Positions 13,446 through 25,500 of a stretch of DNA of 64,000 bases are shown here, piece by piece. Numbering within the stretch: the first letter of the stretch is position 1; each line of letters begins with the position of its first letter. The DNA comes from Haliotis cracherodii (lineage: Eukaryota). The stretch covers positions 14,694,001-14,758,000 of the forward strand of contig NW_027266341.1 of NCBI RefSeq assembly GCF_022045235.1, given 5' to 3'. Made by a program: the position numbers and the translations under genes. The notes beneath the pieces were generated by a model that made no database searches, was not told where the DNA came from, and saw only the letters and a list, made by a program, of their open reading frames with translations.

Positions 13446-15315
13446 ACATGCCAGGTAGTAACCCGAATTTCCTATGCTGAATGTATTTTCAAGCTTTTTG
13501 TGTGTTATGAAACCACCTGAGTTGACCTGTAACACCTTGTCTTTGCCTAACTCGCGGATGATAGATCTCAAATTAACATTTTCTTTCAACTCAGTGTGTG
13601 ATTTTCAATTTTCTATGTACACATTTCTGTATTTCTGAATATGTTTGAGTACTGGATGACTGGCTGCGTGGACTCAACATTTCCAAGGACACATTGCACT
13701 TTGGGGCATTCACAGATACAGATGTGTCAAGTGTATTATCATATGTACAATATGTACAGTATCTTATTTTTACTATGAAAAATATTTGTTGTTGTAAATG
13801 ATGAATGTGAAATGGACATAAAGCACTCCGAGTAGCATTATTTTCGTTTCTCGAAATAAGAAAATTCAATGTTTATCCATGTTTATTAAATTAATAAATA
13901 AAACTGTTGTCAATGCAAGTAGACCGAATTCATCACGATTCAACCTCGGACATCCCGTGGGATAAAGAATATAACAAATATATTATGATTTGTAGAAACG
14001 TTTTTATGTATTTAGACCCTACCGAGAAGTTTAGATATGATCAAGTAGTTGCTTATAGCTAGAGAGTGTCCTAATCAACTTTGTCTGAAACCAATCATCG
14101 ATCTTAGTTTCATTCAGGGTAGCTGAACTTCCTGATATGCCAGGCGTTCACGTGTCTGTGTTAGCCTCTGATTGGCTCGCTGGCAACAAGAATTCATTCA
14201 TTATTACCACAAGCATAATGCTTCACTGTGTCTGTGTCAACTGTTATAGTAACCCGGTCAGTTGGCTTTGTGCAGTCGTGCAGCGCTAATTGATCTCACT
14301 GAATATTTACAGAGACGGGCCAAGGTCTCTGGCTCAGTGAACAGGTTCAAACGCAGGATCGTGACCAACTGATTTTCACTAATCCTCTATTGGGACGTCG
14401 TGCGTTTCTCGAAATCAGACACGCAGATGTCTTGCTTAATCCGGATGAAAAGTAAGCTAAAAGTAAATGATTCAGAGTTTAACAACTTGTGTTATTACAA
14501 TGTCTACATGATCGTACACAATGATTTACATCACAGTTATTGTCATTATGTTTCATTACAATACCCATAAACAAGTACACACTCAAACTGTGAAGGTGTA
14601 TATATTTAGCTAGTTTCTCTGCGTACAACAACTTCAATACGCTAAAATTATTCTGAAAAAATACCTATCATAGAAAATATTATGTCCAACCATCAATCAC
14701 AAAGTTTAATATACTAATGTAATGTAAGAGTCTTGAAACATTTTACTACTTTCATATATCGTGCATGTATGTAAGAAAATCCCTTTACATTGAGATTAGT
14801 TTCATGCTCTTTACAAATTCCTACCTAAGAATGAAACACGGACATTAGACTGCAACCAGTCTGTTTCCCAAATAAACTGTGAAAATAATATAAACAAACC
14901 GAGACATTGTAATTTGCATATATATTGCATGTATTAGGAAAGATCATCTAGGTAAAATCGGACACGGTTGACGTTTATGGAACATATATTACCGGATTCT
15001 ATTCCTGACAAAACCAAAGAATATTGACAAAAACAATCGATTTCACGCTATTCACCTGAATATGATGCTGAACAACTTGTTTCAAACTTTTGTTGGCCTT
15101 TGATAACAGTATGAACTTGCATACACGTATTTCTTTCTAAAGCCTTTACCAGACCACATGATATGAAAGTGTCTGAAACATGCAGACACCTTTCAAAATA
15201 GGCAATTTCTAGATCTCCTATTGTGACACAGTACATCCTCATCATAGCAAACTCTTACGTCATCCCGAACCACCATCCAGGGGTAACCTTAGGATGAAAG
15301 CTTCTTTGAAGAGTA

Positions 15316-15600
15316 GGGTGCACGGGTGGCCCAGTCGTCTAAGGCGCCGCGATTCGCTGTGCAGAGTTGCGTCCCTTGGGCACACCAGAAACCTATGATT
15401 GTGGGTTCGAATCCCGGTTCGCCCCAATTATGTTTCTAGGTATGTCAGCACCATACCCGTGCTCGTGGGTTTCACTGAAGTGGTAAACGTATGAGACCTG
15501 CATCACTTCGGGCTTTCCTCCCACATTAAGCTGACACGCCGCGATATAACTGGAATACTGTTAAAAGCGGCGTTAAACCCAACTCACTCACTCACTCACT
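15316..15600 (+). mobile_element. SINE family B (tRNA-Leu/Ser-like head with wide A-B spacing, ~285 bp)
   Basis: TGGCCCAGTCGTCTAAGGCG...GGTTCGAATCCC; TSD TTGAAGAGTA; the empty site is visible in units 2-4. Other copies: 3161-3430(-, TSD AGATGATGCTAGA), 4316-4556(-), 22045-22313(-), 31628-31902(-), 41044-41318(-), 60075-60341(+). Confidence 0.9.
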
Positions 15601-17564
15601 TTGAAGAGTATTCTTGTTATATCACGGCGTATCTGAGACGTTTACTAATTTAGTTTCCTGAAACCTACGACCACGGGTATTGTAATGACAAGCCAAGGAT
15701 CATAATCAGAGCGAAACGAAGATTTGAACCTAGGACCTCGCCTAAACATGCCTGCACAGCAAATTAGACTTAGACGACAGGGCCACGTGTGTCCCCTTAT
15801 TCACATTATGTATATATGTTTACTAATATGTCTTAAAAGTTACATTTGTTAAGAACATGTAATATTAAGTTTCGCCTGGGCATAAAAAGATTGTTCCTTC
15901 TTACTGTGAACATAAAAACTAAATAAATTGGAAGCCCCGGATTCTGTGATTAATTTTGGCTATGAATACATTTCACAAGATTACAGATTAAAGATTTTGT
16001 CACATTTTCATTGAGCATAATGTGTTTTCTGATTTGCGGGTGTTATAAAGTATTTGATGCCAGGAATATTCAGCATGAAAACTTCGGGCATCTAATTCTC
16101 AATAACATCCGCAAATCTGAAACACATACTAGTTATCTTCTTATTATATAGTTTCACCTTCGATAAGCGGGAGAGATTTGAGAAGGATTGTACTTAAAAA
16201 ATAACGGCCCACTCTGTGCATGAGGGCTAAATACATGACAAATTCAACGCACAAGTCTCTCAGTGCAGCTGGAAATGAAGGTGCAGTTGATGACGAGAAG
16301 CTATTCCAGGCATTTCTTTGTTTTAAATTGACCTAATATAAAATATTTATTCAGGCTGAACCATTTTGTGGAAAATAATGAACCCGGGTAACTGAAATCT
16401 TCAGCCTATGAGAAACAGGCCATGAACAGAGCCAAGTTAACAGGCAATCTGAGCAAGTAATTCAAAACGTACTTTGTCTGCTAACTCAAATTTAACATTT
16501 ACATCGAAATATGAGTTCTTAATACCGTGATTACACAGCGACAATGTCTCAATTTCTAAAATTTCAGCAATAACAATGTATGGGCTGGAAATGATTATAT
16601 ACAGCGGACTATTTCACTACCCTTTAAATACGTAAAAACGTGTACAGGAAACTAAATAAAAGGTACGGATTTATTCAACAATCCTTGTGTTCTCTTTAAT
16701 CGGCGATTTTCAACCAAAATGTCCCAAATCATCGAAACATGTATGTCACGTTTAAGAAAAATAAAACATGTTTAACATATTTAGATATTCGTGTCTAACT
16801 AAATTCCAGGCTCAAACATACGCGAAGGGTTGTGGTGAATGTCAATACAATATCAAATCTATCACCTTATATACCGTCCCTCAATATCAGAAACTATACC
16901 GGCAGGATACAGCAGATTTGCCTAATATTAAAACATAATTATCATACCATTACATTGAAAAGTCATGTCTCATATCAATTAAGTAATGTATGTCTATTAC
17001 TCCACGTTGCATATACATTGGGCTACAGGTCTGTGGCCTCCCGAGTACGGACATAAAACAATAATTGATCAGTTTCGTATGATTTCGAGGACATTTCTAC
17101 ATGAGAAAATAAAGGTGTGTACCAATAACGTATATTTTTTAAACTACAAAAATGATACAGGGACACCCACAAGAAAACAAAATTAGATGACCTGTAACAG
17201 CGATGAAGTTTTATAAATGGGTTAATTATATTAAATAATTTTTGAGTAAAAAATATATTCAACTTGTTAAACTACGAATTCCTCATGTCACAAAAAGTTA
17301 ACCCTGTTCTAAATTTATCAAGTCGTGTACGAAGACAGCGAAGCCTCAGAATCTAAAAATAGAACTAGACAGGTTGGATCTCCTTATTATATTTTTATAC
17401 CGGCTTTGAGACGCAGAAAATCTTATATCACATAAGGTAATCCTGATATTAATATATCAAATCGTGCAAGAATACAACGTAGCCCTTCATAATCGGAAAA
17501 TAGAACTAGATACGTTTTCGCCTGATCATCATTTTCTTTTCGAGTTTGCGGACGCAAATCTACC

Positions 17565-17721
17565 CTCATGACTAACCTATTCAATGACAATGAGCGATGA
17601 CTAAAATAACTCTCAGCGCGCGCACGATCTCTGAAGTCAAATGCTACCCGGATGTCACAACCAGGAAGTTTCCCAGCCATTGGTGGAATCCTTCTCTTGG
17701 GTGGTTCCACAGACTATATAA
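17565..17721 (+). promoter_or_regulatory. Proximal promoter of copy 1: AP-1-like, ETS, kB-like, inverted CCAAT, TATA
   Basis: TGACTAA twice (~17569, ~17598), CCGGATGT 17648-17655, CAGGAAGT overlapping GGAAGTTTCCC 17664-17674, ATTGG 17679-17683, TATATAA 17715-17721, ~100 nt upstream of the ATG. Confidence 0.6.
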
Positions 17722-17820
17722 TATGTAGGGAGGACGAAGCAGCAAACGTCTCCAAGACTGCAAGACAACTCAACCGTAAGCTGACGCGTCGACATCCACG
17801 AACCAGCCAGGATCATCAAG

Positions 17821-20800
17821 ATGAATCTCAAAATGGTAAGTCAAATTTGTTTGGTTTTCATTTTGCAGAGTTGTATCAAAGCATTGTAAAATTCGCTTCG
17901 AAAGAAATATTTTCCAAGAATTTAGTCAACATTGTACAATTGTCATGTCGCATTGACTTAACACGTTTAGATGAAATTGTTGTGACAAATATGATTGATT
18001 AAAGTAAGAATTCGGCAAATGTAAAAAAGTTGCAAATATCCTATATTCCGATTTGTACTTTTTGTAGCTAAAACGTAAAGAAAACGTTAAATCACTTAAT
18101 ATTCAAGAAATGTTTAATAAATAAATTACAGTAATTTAAACCCGAACGCGCCTAATGCTTGTCCAATGTTTAAATAAGTTTCTTAATACGGTAAATAATG
18201 GTTTCAGTACATATTCGAATTTGATTTGATTTCATTACCTATTTCCAGATTATCTACCTATTCAGTGCATGTGTACTGATCAGTGCTGTGGCTGGACAAT
18301 GCCCGGCTCCTGATGACAATGCATTGAATTTGGAGCCCAACACCACCCTAGCTGTCATACGGTCATACGCTTCTCTCAGGTGAGTTCATGATTGGAAAAA
18401 CTACAGCAATGATGACACCAGGTGTTCGCTTAACTTTGCGATCTAACATCGATTGACATAAGTTGTTTTAACAGTGTTACTTCAATATTTTGAAGAATAA
18501 AACAAATTCAAAATCGAAAATGAAACCTACATGAATTACTAAACTGCCTGACAAATGAAAGTATACACCCTTGTTTGATGGTGGATGACCATAAAACAAA
18601 CCCAGTAAATGGTTACTAGTATTCGATGGGGATGTATTTGATACGTGTGTCATAGTTGTGTTTTGGAACTTAAGTTTGCAATGTGTCAAGGACTATTTTC
18701 AGCTGAGTAACGTTTTGATAACGTTTGTAATTACTTTTAGATCCGTGTATACTTCTTTTGCCCCACAGTTTATTTATATAAAGTCATCCTGTATTTCCAG
18801 ACGACGTATATCAGCGTCTGCAACAGATCGACAGAGCCAGATGTTTCTCAGTGGTCTTGAGAACAGCAAATGCGCGGAGCCCAGGACAGTCCCTGAAGAC
18901 AATCCCGACATCATATCAAGGTATACAAATAATACATATAAATGAAGAATAAATATAATTATCATGAATGAATTACATTTATGATCCTGACGAATGAATC
19001 ATTACCTATCATTAATTGTTCATGGTTTATTGTTTGGTTCTAGTTCCTTTTCTCGATTCCTGCAGGTCGAATTCCAAGCCGCTGTTTGAGGTCAGTCTCG
19101 CCGTCAGTGAATGTGAGCCATGTCCCCCAAGGGTTAATTTCCTCGGCCGCTTCTACGGCAGCTGCTACGTCATCAAACCCAGCGAGCAGCAAGTCAGATA
19201 CGTCTCCTGCGGGTGAGTTTACACGGGATCGTCAAACTACAGCCAGTTGACATAAATATTTGTCACTTCCAATATGGCGGCTGTTTGTTTGCAAAATGTC
19301 GCTTCTTTGAAGAATCGAATTTTGAAAGAAATTTTTAATGGCCTAACTTGGTCAGATTGCTCTTGATACGAATGACTTCATAAGAATCCTAGCTGGAATT
19401 GTGGAATACAAATAGCGAATCCTAGTATACTCCAGACCAATATTGATCCAAATGTCATTGATAGCCGTGAAAAATTCAGCGCGGTTACCGATAGTTTCAG
19501 CCCGTGTTTAAAGACATCTTTCGATTTGTGTTTGATTATTTGTTGTTTAACGCCGCACTCAGCAATATGCCAGCTACATGACGGCGGTCTTTTGATTTTT
19601 AACTAAATGTTCTCAATGATATTGAGATCCGGAGACTGTGCCGGCCATTCCGTCACATTGACATTGTTGTTTTCACAGCGCGTGCCCGCTGAACGGGAGC
19701 ACTGTCATCCTGGAATGTGTACGCTTTGTTGGTAAAAACTGTTGATTTCATTGTCCTTCCTCCAAATGAAAACTCGGTCGTTGGAACCAACCACAACCTG
19801 GCACCACCATCTTCTTCGTCATCTGCGATAGCTCATACCTAACAGTTTCTCTCTGGACAGTGACTGCCTCCGTGGTCTAGTGGAAGAGCGTCCGCCTGGT
19901 GAGCGGAAGGTCCGGGGTTCGATCCCTGACCGCGTCAAACCAAAAGACGTTAAAATATGGTACTTGTTGTTACCCTGTCTGGCGCTCGGCATTAAGGGGC
20001 TAAAACAAGGACTGGTCAGCTCGTAGTCAGTATACTGTGTCTGAGTGGGGTATTCATGTTAAACTGCGCCATGGTATCTCAGTGATCTAGCACTATAAAT
20101 CGGCATCAGCCCGGACTAGTACAAGCAGCCACACAAACACACACACGTACATGCACGTTGCTATATAAGAAGGGGCGGTCGGGTAGCCTAGTGGTTAAAG
20201 CGTTCGCTCGTCACGCCGAAGACCCGGGTTCGATGCCCGACATGGGTACAATGTGTGAAGCCCATTTCTGGTGCCCCCCGCCGTGATATTGCTGGAATAT
20301 TGCTAATAGCGGCGTAAAACCATACTCACTCCACTCGCTATATATCTTGGACGCGACGTTAAATCCAATTTCACCTCACCTCTCTGGACAGTCTTTTGAC
20401 AAAAATGTACTTCATTACCCTCATTAATTATATTAGTCATTTCTTGCAAAGTTGTTTTTCTGTTTCCTTTCACTACCTGTGAAATTCCGTCTCATCTATA
20501 ATGCTAAAAGATTTCTGCCGCCAAATTCGTTCCACATTTTCTACCGAACCGGCCATAATTTCTAGTAATACTGTTGATGGTTGTCCTAGGTATGCCGAAT
20601 ATTATTATTGCCAACACTTAGGGGTTTCCAGTGTGTTCTGATACTTTTTATATTTTCTCGCGGCCCACTGCACAATTCAGGTGATATGCAACCTATAAAT
20701 CCCGCGGCTGACTGTGAAATAACTGAGACAAGCAGACGACATAAGATGGCTGTCACGTGACTCGCACGTTCCGTACAGAGCACACGTGATTCAGCTGGGA

Positions 20801-21274
20801 TGTCCTCGCGCTTCGTGTTTCGTCACATGTTTTGCAGAGCGACGAATATCTAAGTCCAGTAACTGTAGCTCAAATATTTACAGATGGGTAAAGTGATTTG
20901 TTTGAAAAGAGAGTTTGCTCTAGAGAAAATATAATTTGACATGACGTATTACTGAAATATAAATCGTCCGCTGGACATGCTGGATGTCCTGAAGAAAGAG
21001 TGAAAAAAGTTAAATTGTGCGGCTCCTCCTTTCAAAGAAAATACATGCGTGTTTCCAGGCAATTATCTGTAAGTTTGAATTAAGCTGATGCTTTTCTCTC
21101 CACAGCAAAACATGCAAGCAGCCGTGCATGTGTTCCCGGAGCTACTGCCAGAGAACTCACTACACCAAGGTCTGGTTCCTATCTTACTGTACAAGAGGGA
21201 TCGGCGGTTTCCAGAGCGGTTTGAACTTTCGGTTCCTGTGGCTCCCACAAGACTGTGCGTGCAGAAACTATTAA
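17821..21274 (+). CDS. Secreted Spaetzle-like cystine-knot prepro-protein, copy 1 (193 aa)
   Basis: Exons 17821-17835, 18249-18379, 18801-18920, 19066-19212, 21106-21274 (582 nt, GT-AG, phases 0/2/2/2). MNLKMIIYLFSACVLISAVAG|QCPAPDDNALNLEPNTTLAVIRSYASLRRRISASATDRQSQMFLSGLENSKCAEPRTVPEDNPDIISR|SNSKPLFEVSLAVSECEPCPPRVNFLGRFYGSCYVIKPSEQQVRYVSCGKTCKQPCMCSRSYCQRTHYTKVWFLSYCTRGIGGFQSGLNFRFLWLPQDCACRNY*. Signal peptide plus the Q.V...C / C.Q.HY / F..P..CxC spacing of Spaetzle-type knots. Gene structure is high confidence; the family call is moderate. Confidence 0.85.
19240..20865 (-). mobile_element. Decayed Tc1/mariner transposon filling intron 4 of copy 1, with nested SINEs
   Basis: TA-flanked imperfect TIRs (CAGCCAGTTGACATAAATATTTGTCACT versus rc CAGTTACTGGACTTAGATATTCGTCGCT). 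Minus-strand transposase remnants: GIPRTTINSI (HTH), QKTVQR, DD.APVQRAR, WPAQSPDLNIIENI, AINDIW..I...Y...LYSTIPARI. Confidence 0.85.
19862..20380 (+). mobile_element. SINE family C (tRNA head, MetaSINE-like core) carrying a nested SINE A
   Basis: A box TGGTCTAGTGG, B box GGTTCGATCCC, core ...TCAGTGAGCTAGCACTATAAA...CTAGTACAA; TSD CTCTCTGGACAGT. Also at 29452-29970 and 38850-39369; a 5'-truncated copy at 10022-10286 has TSD TCTTGCTGGA. The MetaSINE assignment is from memory of the core. Confidence 0.85.
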
Positions 21275-22044
21275 CTCAATGGTTGACCTCGGCCTCAAGA
21301 GTTATTGGTTCAATGGCATTTCTCCGTAACAGCAAGCTGACTTAATGTTACAGAACTATTATCTGTTTATAAAACATTATCTCTGAGTGTGAAAATATGT
21401 CAGCTTATTTGTGTATATATCTGACTATAGAAAAGCACATTTCCTATATATGCATCTTGATGCATCTGTTCCACAGCATATCATTTTCAGCAGGCATTTT
21501 TACATGGTTTACAAATTACGCCATTCCAAAATGTTGAGAAGTTTTGGAAATCTAATATTTTTCTTTCCTTCGATGTTGGAATGTCGGCCATAAAAAAATC
21601 ACACACATCAAATTTGGCCAATAACAGAATGAAAGACAGAAAAAAACCGTTTTTATTTGTTGTTTTCATTGATATTGTTACAAATGTTGATTTGATGTTA
21701 CAATCATATTATTATTTTGTAAAATGTAGTCAGTTCAGTTTGGTGTGTCATAAAAGAGAAAAAGATTATTCTTGTTTGTGTTTTCTTCGTTTAAAATACA
21801 AGTTTGCAGACGACTATATAATATACCTGGCTCACTTGAATATATATGTTTTGTCTGTGTATATTCACGGGTTGTTCAAGGAAGCCAGGTATATTATATA
21901 GGAGTTCTTTTGTTTATGAATCACGATCGAATAGTGTCGTTAGCATGTGTTTATGAAAAGGTGATCGCATCCTGTCTCACCGCTGACACTATCACAAACA
22001 CACGCAAAGGCAAGTCAATTGTTCACTGAAAAGAAACACTTGAA

Positions 22045-22313
22045 TGAGTGAGTTGGGTTCAATGCCGTTTTTAACAGTATTCCAGTTACATCGCGGTGTT
22101 TCAGCTTAATGTGGGAGGAAAGCCCCAAGTGATGCAGGTCTTTTACCACTTGGGTGAAACCCACGAGCACGGGTTTGGTGCTGACATACCTAAAAACATA
22201 ATCGGGGCGAACCGAGAATCGAACCCACAATCAGAGGTTTCTTGCGTGTTCAAGCGAGGCAACTCTGCACAGCGAATCATGGCGCCTTAGACGACTGGGC
22301 CACACGTGCCCCC
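22045..22313 (-). mobile_element. SINE family B downstream of gene copy 1 (also in units 2 and 3)
   Basis: TSD AGAAACACTTGAA. Confidence 0.88.
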
Positions 22314-22435
22314 AGAAACACTTGAACATACGGTACAAGTTAGAATAGTAAATTACATCGGACATCATTTTTTGTCACTGATGCGTCAATTGGACATGTC
22401 CTCAACATAAGTCATCCCTCATGCCATACAGTCTT

Positions 22436-22530
22436 CATCTTCCCGAGGCAAGGAGTTGACTGACTTTAAAAGTCCAGTTTCCACCCTTGCCGAACTAGGC
22501 TTGAATTCGTGGGCTCGATCGTAGCACCAC
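22436..22530. mobile_element. Solo arm of the 461-862 MITE family at the unit 1/2 junction (also ~32027 and ~41443)
   Basis: CATCTTCCCGAGGCAAGGAGTTGACTGACTTTAAAAGTCCAGTTTCCACCCTTGCCGAACTAGGC..., directly abutting the start of the repeat unit. Confidence 0.85.
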
Positions 22531-25500
22531 CATTTCCAAGGACACATTGCACTTTGGGGCATTCACAGATACAGATGTGTCAAGTGTATTATCATATATA
22601 CAATATATACAGTATTTTATGTTTACTATGACAAATATTTGTTGTTGTAAATGATGAATGAGAAGTGGAAAAAAAGCACTCCGAGTAGCATTTTTTTCGT
22701 TTCTCGAAATAAGAAAATTCAATGTTTATCCATGTTTATTAAATATCGCTGTTGTCAATGCAAGAAGACCGGATTCATCACGATTCAAACTTGGGCATCC
22801 CGTGGGATAGAGAATATAACAAGTATATTACAAATAATTAAATTTGGAAAAGTAGGTAATGAGTAGTCAGTGGTTGGGGAAAAAGTGATCAATTGGAAAT
22901 GATTTGTAGAAACGTTTTTATGTATTTAGACCCCATCGAGAAGGTTAGACTTGATCAAGTAGCTGCCTAGCTAGAGAAAAATTGTTGGACATTTTTCTTA
23001 CGTGTGTCTAAATCAACTATGTTTGCAACAAATCAACGCTCTTTGTTTAATTCCGGTAAGTTAAAACTTCCTAATTTGCCTGGCGATCACTTGTCTCTGT
23101 AAGGCTCTGATTGGCTCGCTGGCCAAATGAACTCACTGTAACTTCATTATAATGCTTCTTTGTGTCTATGTCAACTGTTATAGTAACCCGGCCAGTGGGC
23201 TCTGTCCAGCCGTGCAGCTCGTGTTTATCTCGCTGAATATTTCCAGAGACGAGTCAGTGTCTGTGGCGAAGTGCACAGGTTCATTCGCAAGATGGTGACC
23301 AACTGATATTTCACAAATCCCCATTTGGGACGTCGAGCGTTTCTCGAAATCATATGCATGCATGCAGATGTCTTGCTTAATCCGGATGAAGAGTCAGCAA
23401 AAAGTAAATGATTCAGAGTTAACAAATTAGATGTGTTATTACATTGTCTGCATGAGCGTACACATTGATTTACATCCCAGTTTATGTCATTATGTTTTAT
23501 TACAATATCCATAAACAAATACAGACTCAAACTGTGAAGGTGTATACATTTAGCTGGTCCGTCGTGGGAGAGACTTTCTGCGTAAAGTTGAATGTCAATA
23601 CCCATGTCTTTCTGTATGCTGTCAGTGTTCAGGTGAGGTAAGTGCGTTCTTAGTGTTAGGCGGATAAAAGGCATACAATAAAATTGAAGGGTTATGCACA
23701 TAGGTCGGACCATTTCAAGTGTAAATAAAAAGACATCACTTTCAGATATAAATCGTTTTTCAATCATTGAAACATCCACTGAGAAAGGTACAGTCTCGAT
23801 GGACGAGGTTTTACGGTACAGCAAACAACTTCAAAACACTAAATCTTGGCCAAATAAACCTTTCATAGAAAGTTGAATACACTCAATGTAATGTAACAGT
23901 CTTGTGATATTTAACTAATTTTATCTACCGTGCATGAGTGTAAGAAAATCTGAGATATGTTAAGTAATAATACAAGAGCTGTTAAACCATAGTTTTTAAT
24001 GTACCGAGCTGTGGTGCCCTATAATATACGGTGGGTCTATGGTCTACATCAGTACTGAATGTAAAGTTTACAGAAATAGAACACAGTGATTCTGCTTTCT
24101 GTCCACTCGTGAACAAAAGAGAAGTTAACTGTTTATGGTAAGCCTGGTAAGCCTTGAGTGGGTGTGCCACCTGTAGGTGAGGACATGTTCTTTATCAGAA
24201 CACATGATATGAAAGTGTCTCAAACATGCAGACACCTTTCAAAACAGCATTTTCTCCCATTATGACACAGCACATGTTGAGTCTCAAAGCCTGGCTGCCC
24301 CATCCCCAAAGTCAACTCTACGGCATTGTGAACCACAAAACAGGGGGACCTTATGATGAAAGCTTCATTGAAGAGTATTCCTGTGACATCACGGCGTATC
24401 TTAGGCGTTTACCGGTTTGTTGAAATCTACGACAACGGGTATTGTTATGACAAACCAAGGATCATAATCAGAGCGAAACGAAAAGTCGAACTTAGGAACT
24501 CGCCTAGAGATGCAAATTAGACTAAGACGACAGGGCCACGCGAATCTCCTTATTCACATTATGTATACATGTTTACAAATATGTCTTAAAAGTTAATTTG
24601 TTAAGAACATGTAATATTAAGTTTCGCCTGGGCATAAAAAGATTGTTCCTTTTATCTGTTAACATAGAAACTGCTAATAAACACAAAATGACACTTTGAC
24701 AATGTTCAGTACATATAGGTGCATTTTCAACCCTTGAGGTTATATGTTTTGTTGTTTGTTGTTTAACGCCGCACTCAGCAATATTTCAGCTATATGATTG
24801 GTGTCTGTGAATAATCGAGTCTGAACCAGTGATTGACACCATAAACATCAATCCACGCAATTGGGATACAATGACATTCATCAGCCAAGTCAGCGAGCCT
24901 GACCACCCATTCCGTTAGTCGCCTCTTTCAACAAGCAAAGTCACCTTTTTCGGCAATCACGGGTTGCTGAAGACCTATTCTACCCCGAAACTTCACGGGT
25001 CTGGCGCTATGTGTATAGGAAGTTAAGGTATTGGTTGTACAGATTGACATCTCGTTATAATATGTCTAAATTGCATTTGAAATATACGAGTATGATAGAG
25101 AATAATTCTGTATACAGATATTGTTATGGAGAAGCACAGAGGACGTGTTGGATAAATACAAACATATAAACGTAGTTCTAATGTTTGGTCATGAGATACT
25201 TTTGTTGGTTGGTTGGTTTGTTGTTTTACGTCTCACTCAGCAATATTCCAGCTATATGTCGGTGGTCTGTAAATAATCCAGACTGGACCAGACAATCCAG
25301 TGATTGACACCATGAGCATCGATCCACGCCATTGGGATCGATGACATCGCTGACTTGGTTGATGCATGTCGTCGTATCCAAAATTTGCGTCAACTAAGTC
25401 AGCAACCATGACCACCCAATTCCGTTAGTCGCCTCTTACGACAAACATAGTCGCCTTTTACGGCGAGCATGGGTTGCTGAAGATCTATTCTACCCCGGAT

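Noticed and set aside
17652-18002. ORF MSQPGSFPAIGG... and its paralogs
   Set aside because: Runs through the promoter, TATA, 5'UTR and intron 1; its length and end differ among copies.
20172-20245. tRNA-Asp-like, tRNA-Leu-like and other tRNA-like sequences
   Set aside because: They are SINE heads: they continue into SINE bodies and tails with TSDs and have poor acceptor stems.
21088-21345. ORF MLFSPQQNMQAAV... (repeated in all four units)
   Set aside because: Wrong frame. The real exon 5 starts after the CAG at 21105 in phase 2 and encodes the Cys-rich KTCKQPCMC...CAC end; several paralog differences are synonymous in that frame.
23225-23824. 199-aa minus-strand ORF in the spacer
   Set aside because: Frameshifted or truncated in the paralogous units (143 and 127 aa), no recognisable motif, and it spans an indel relative to unit 1.
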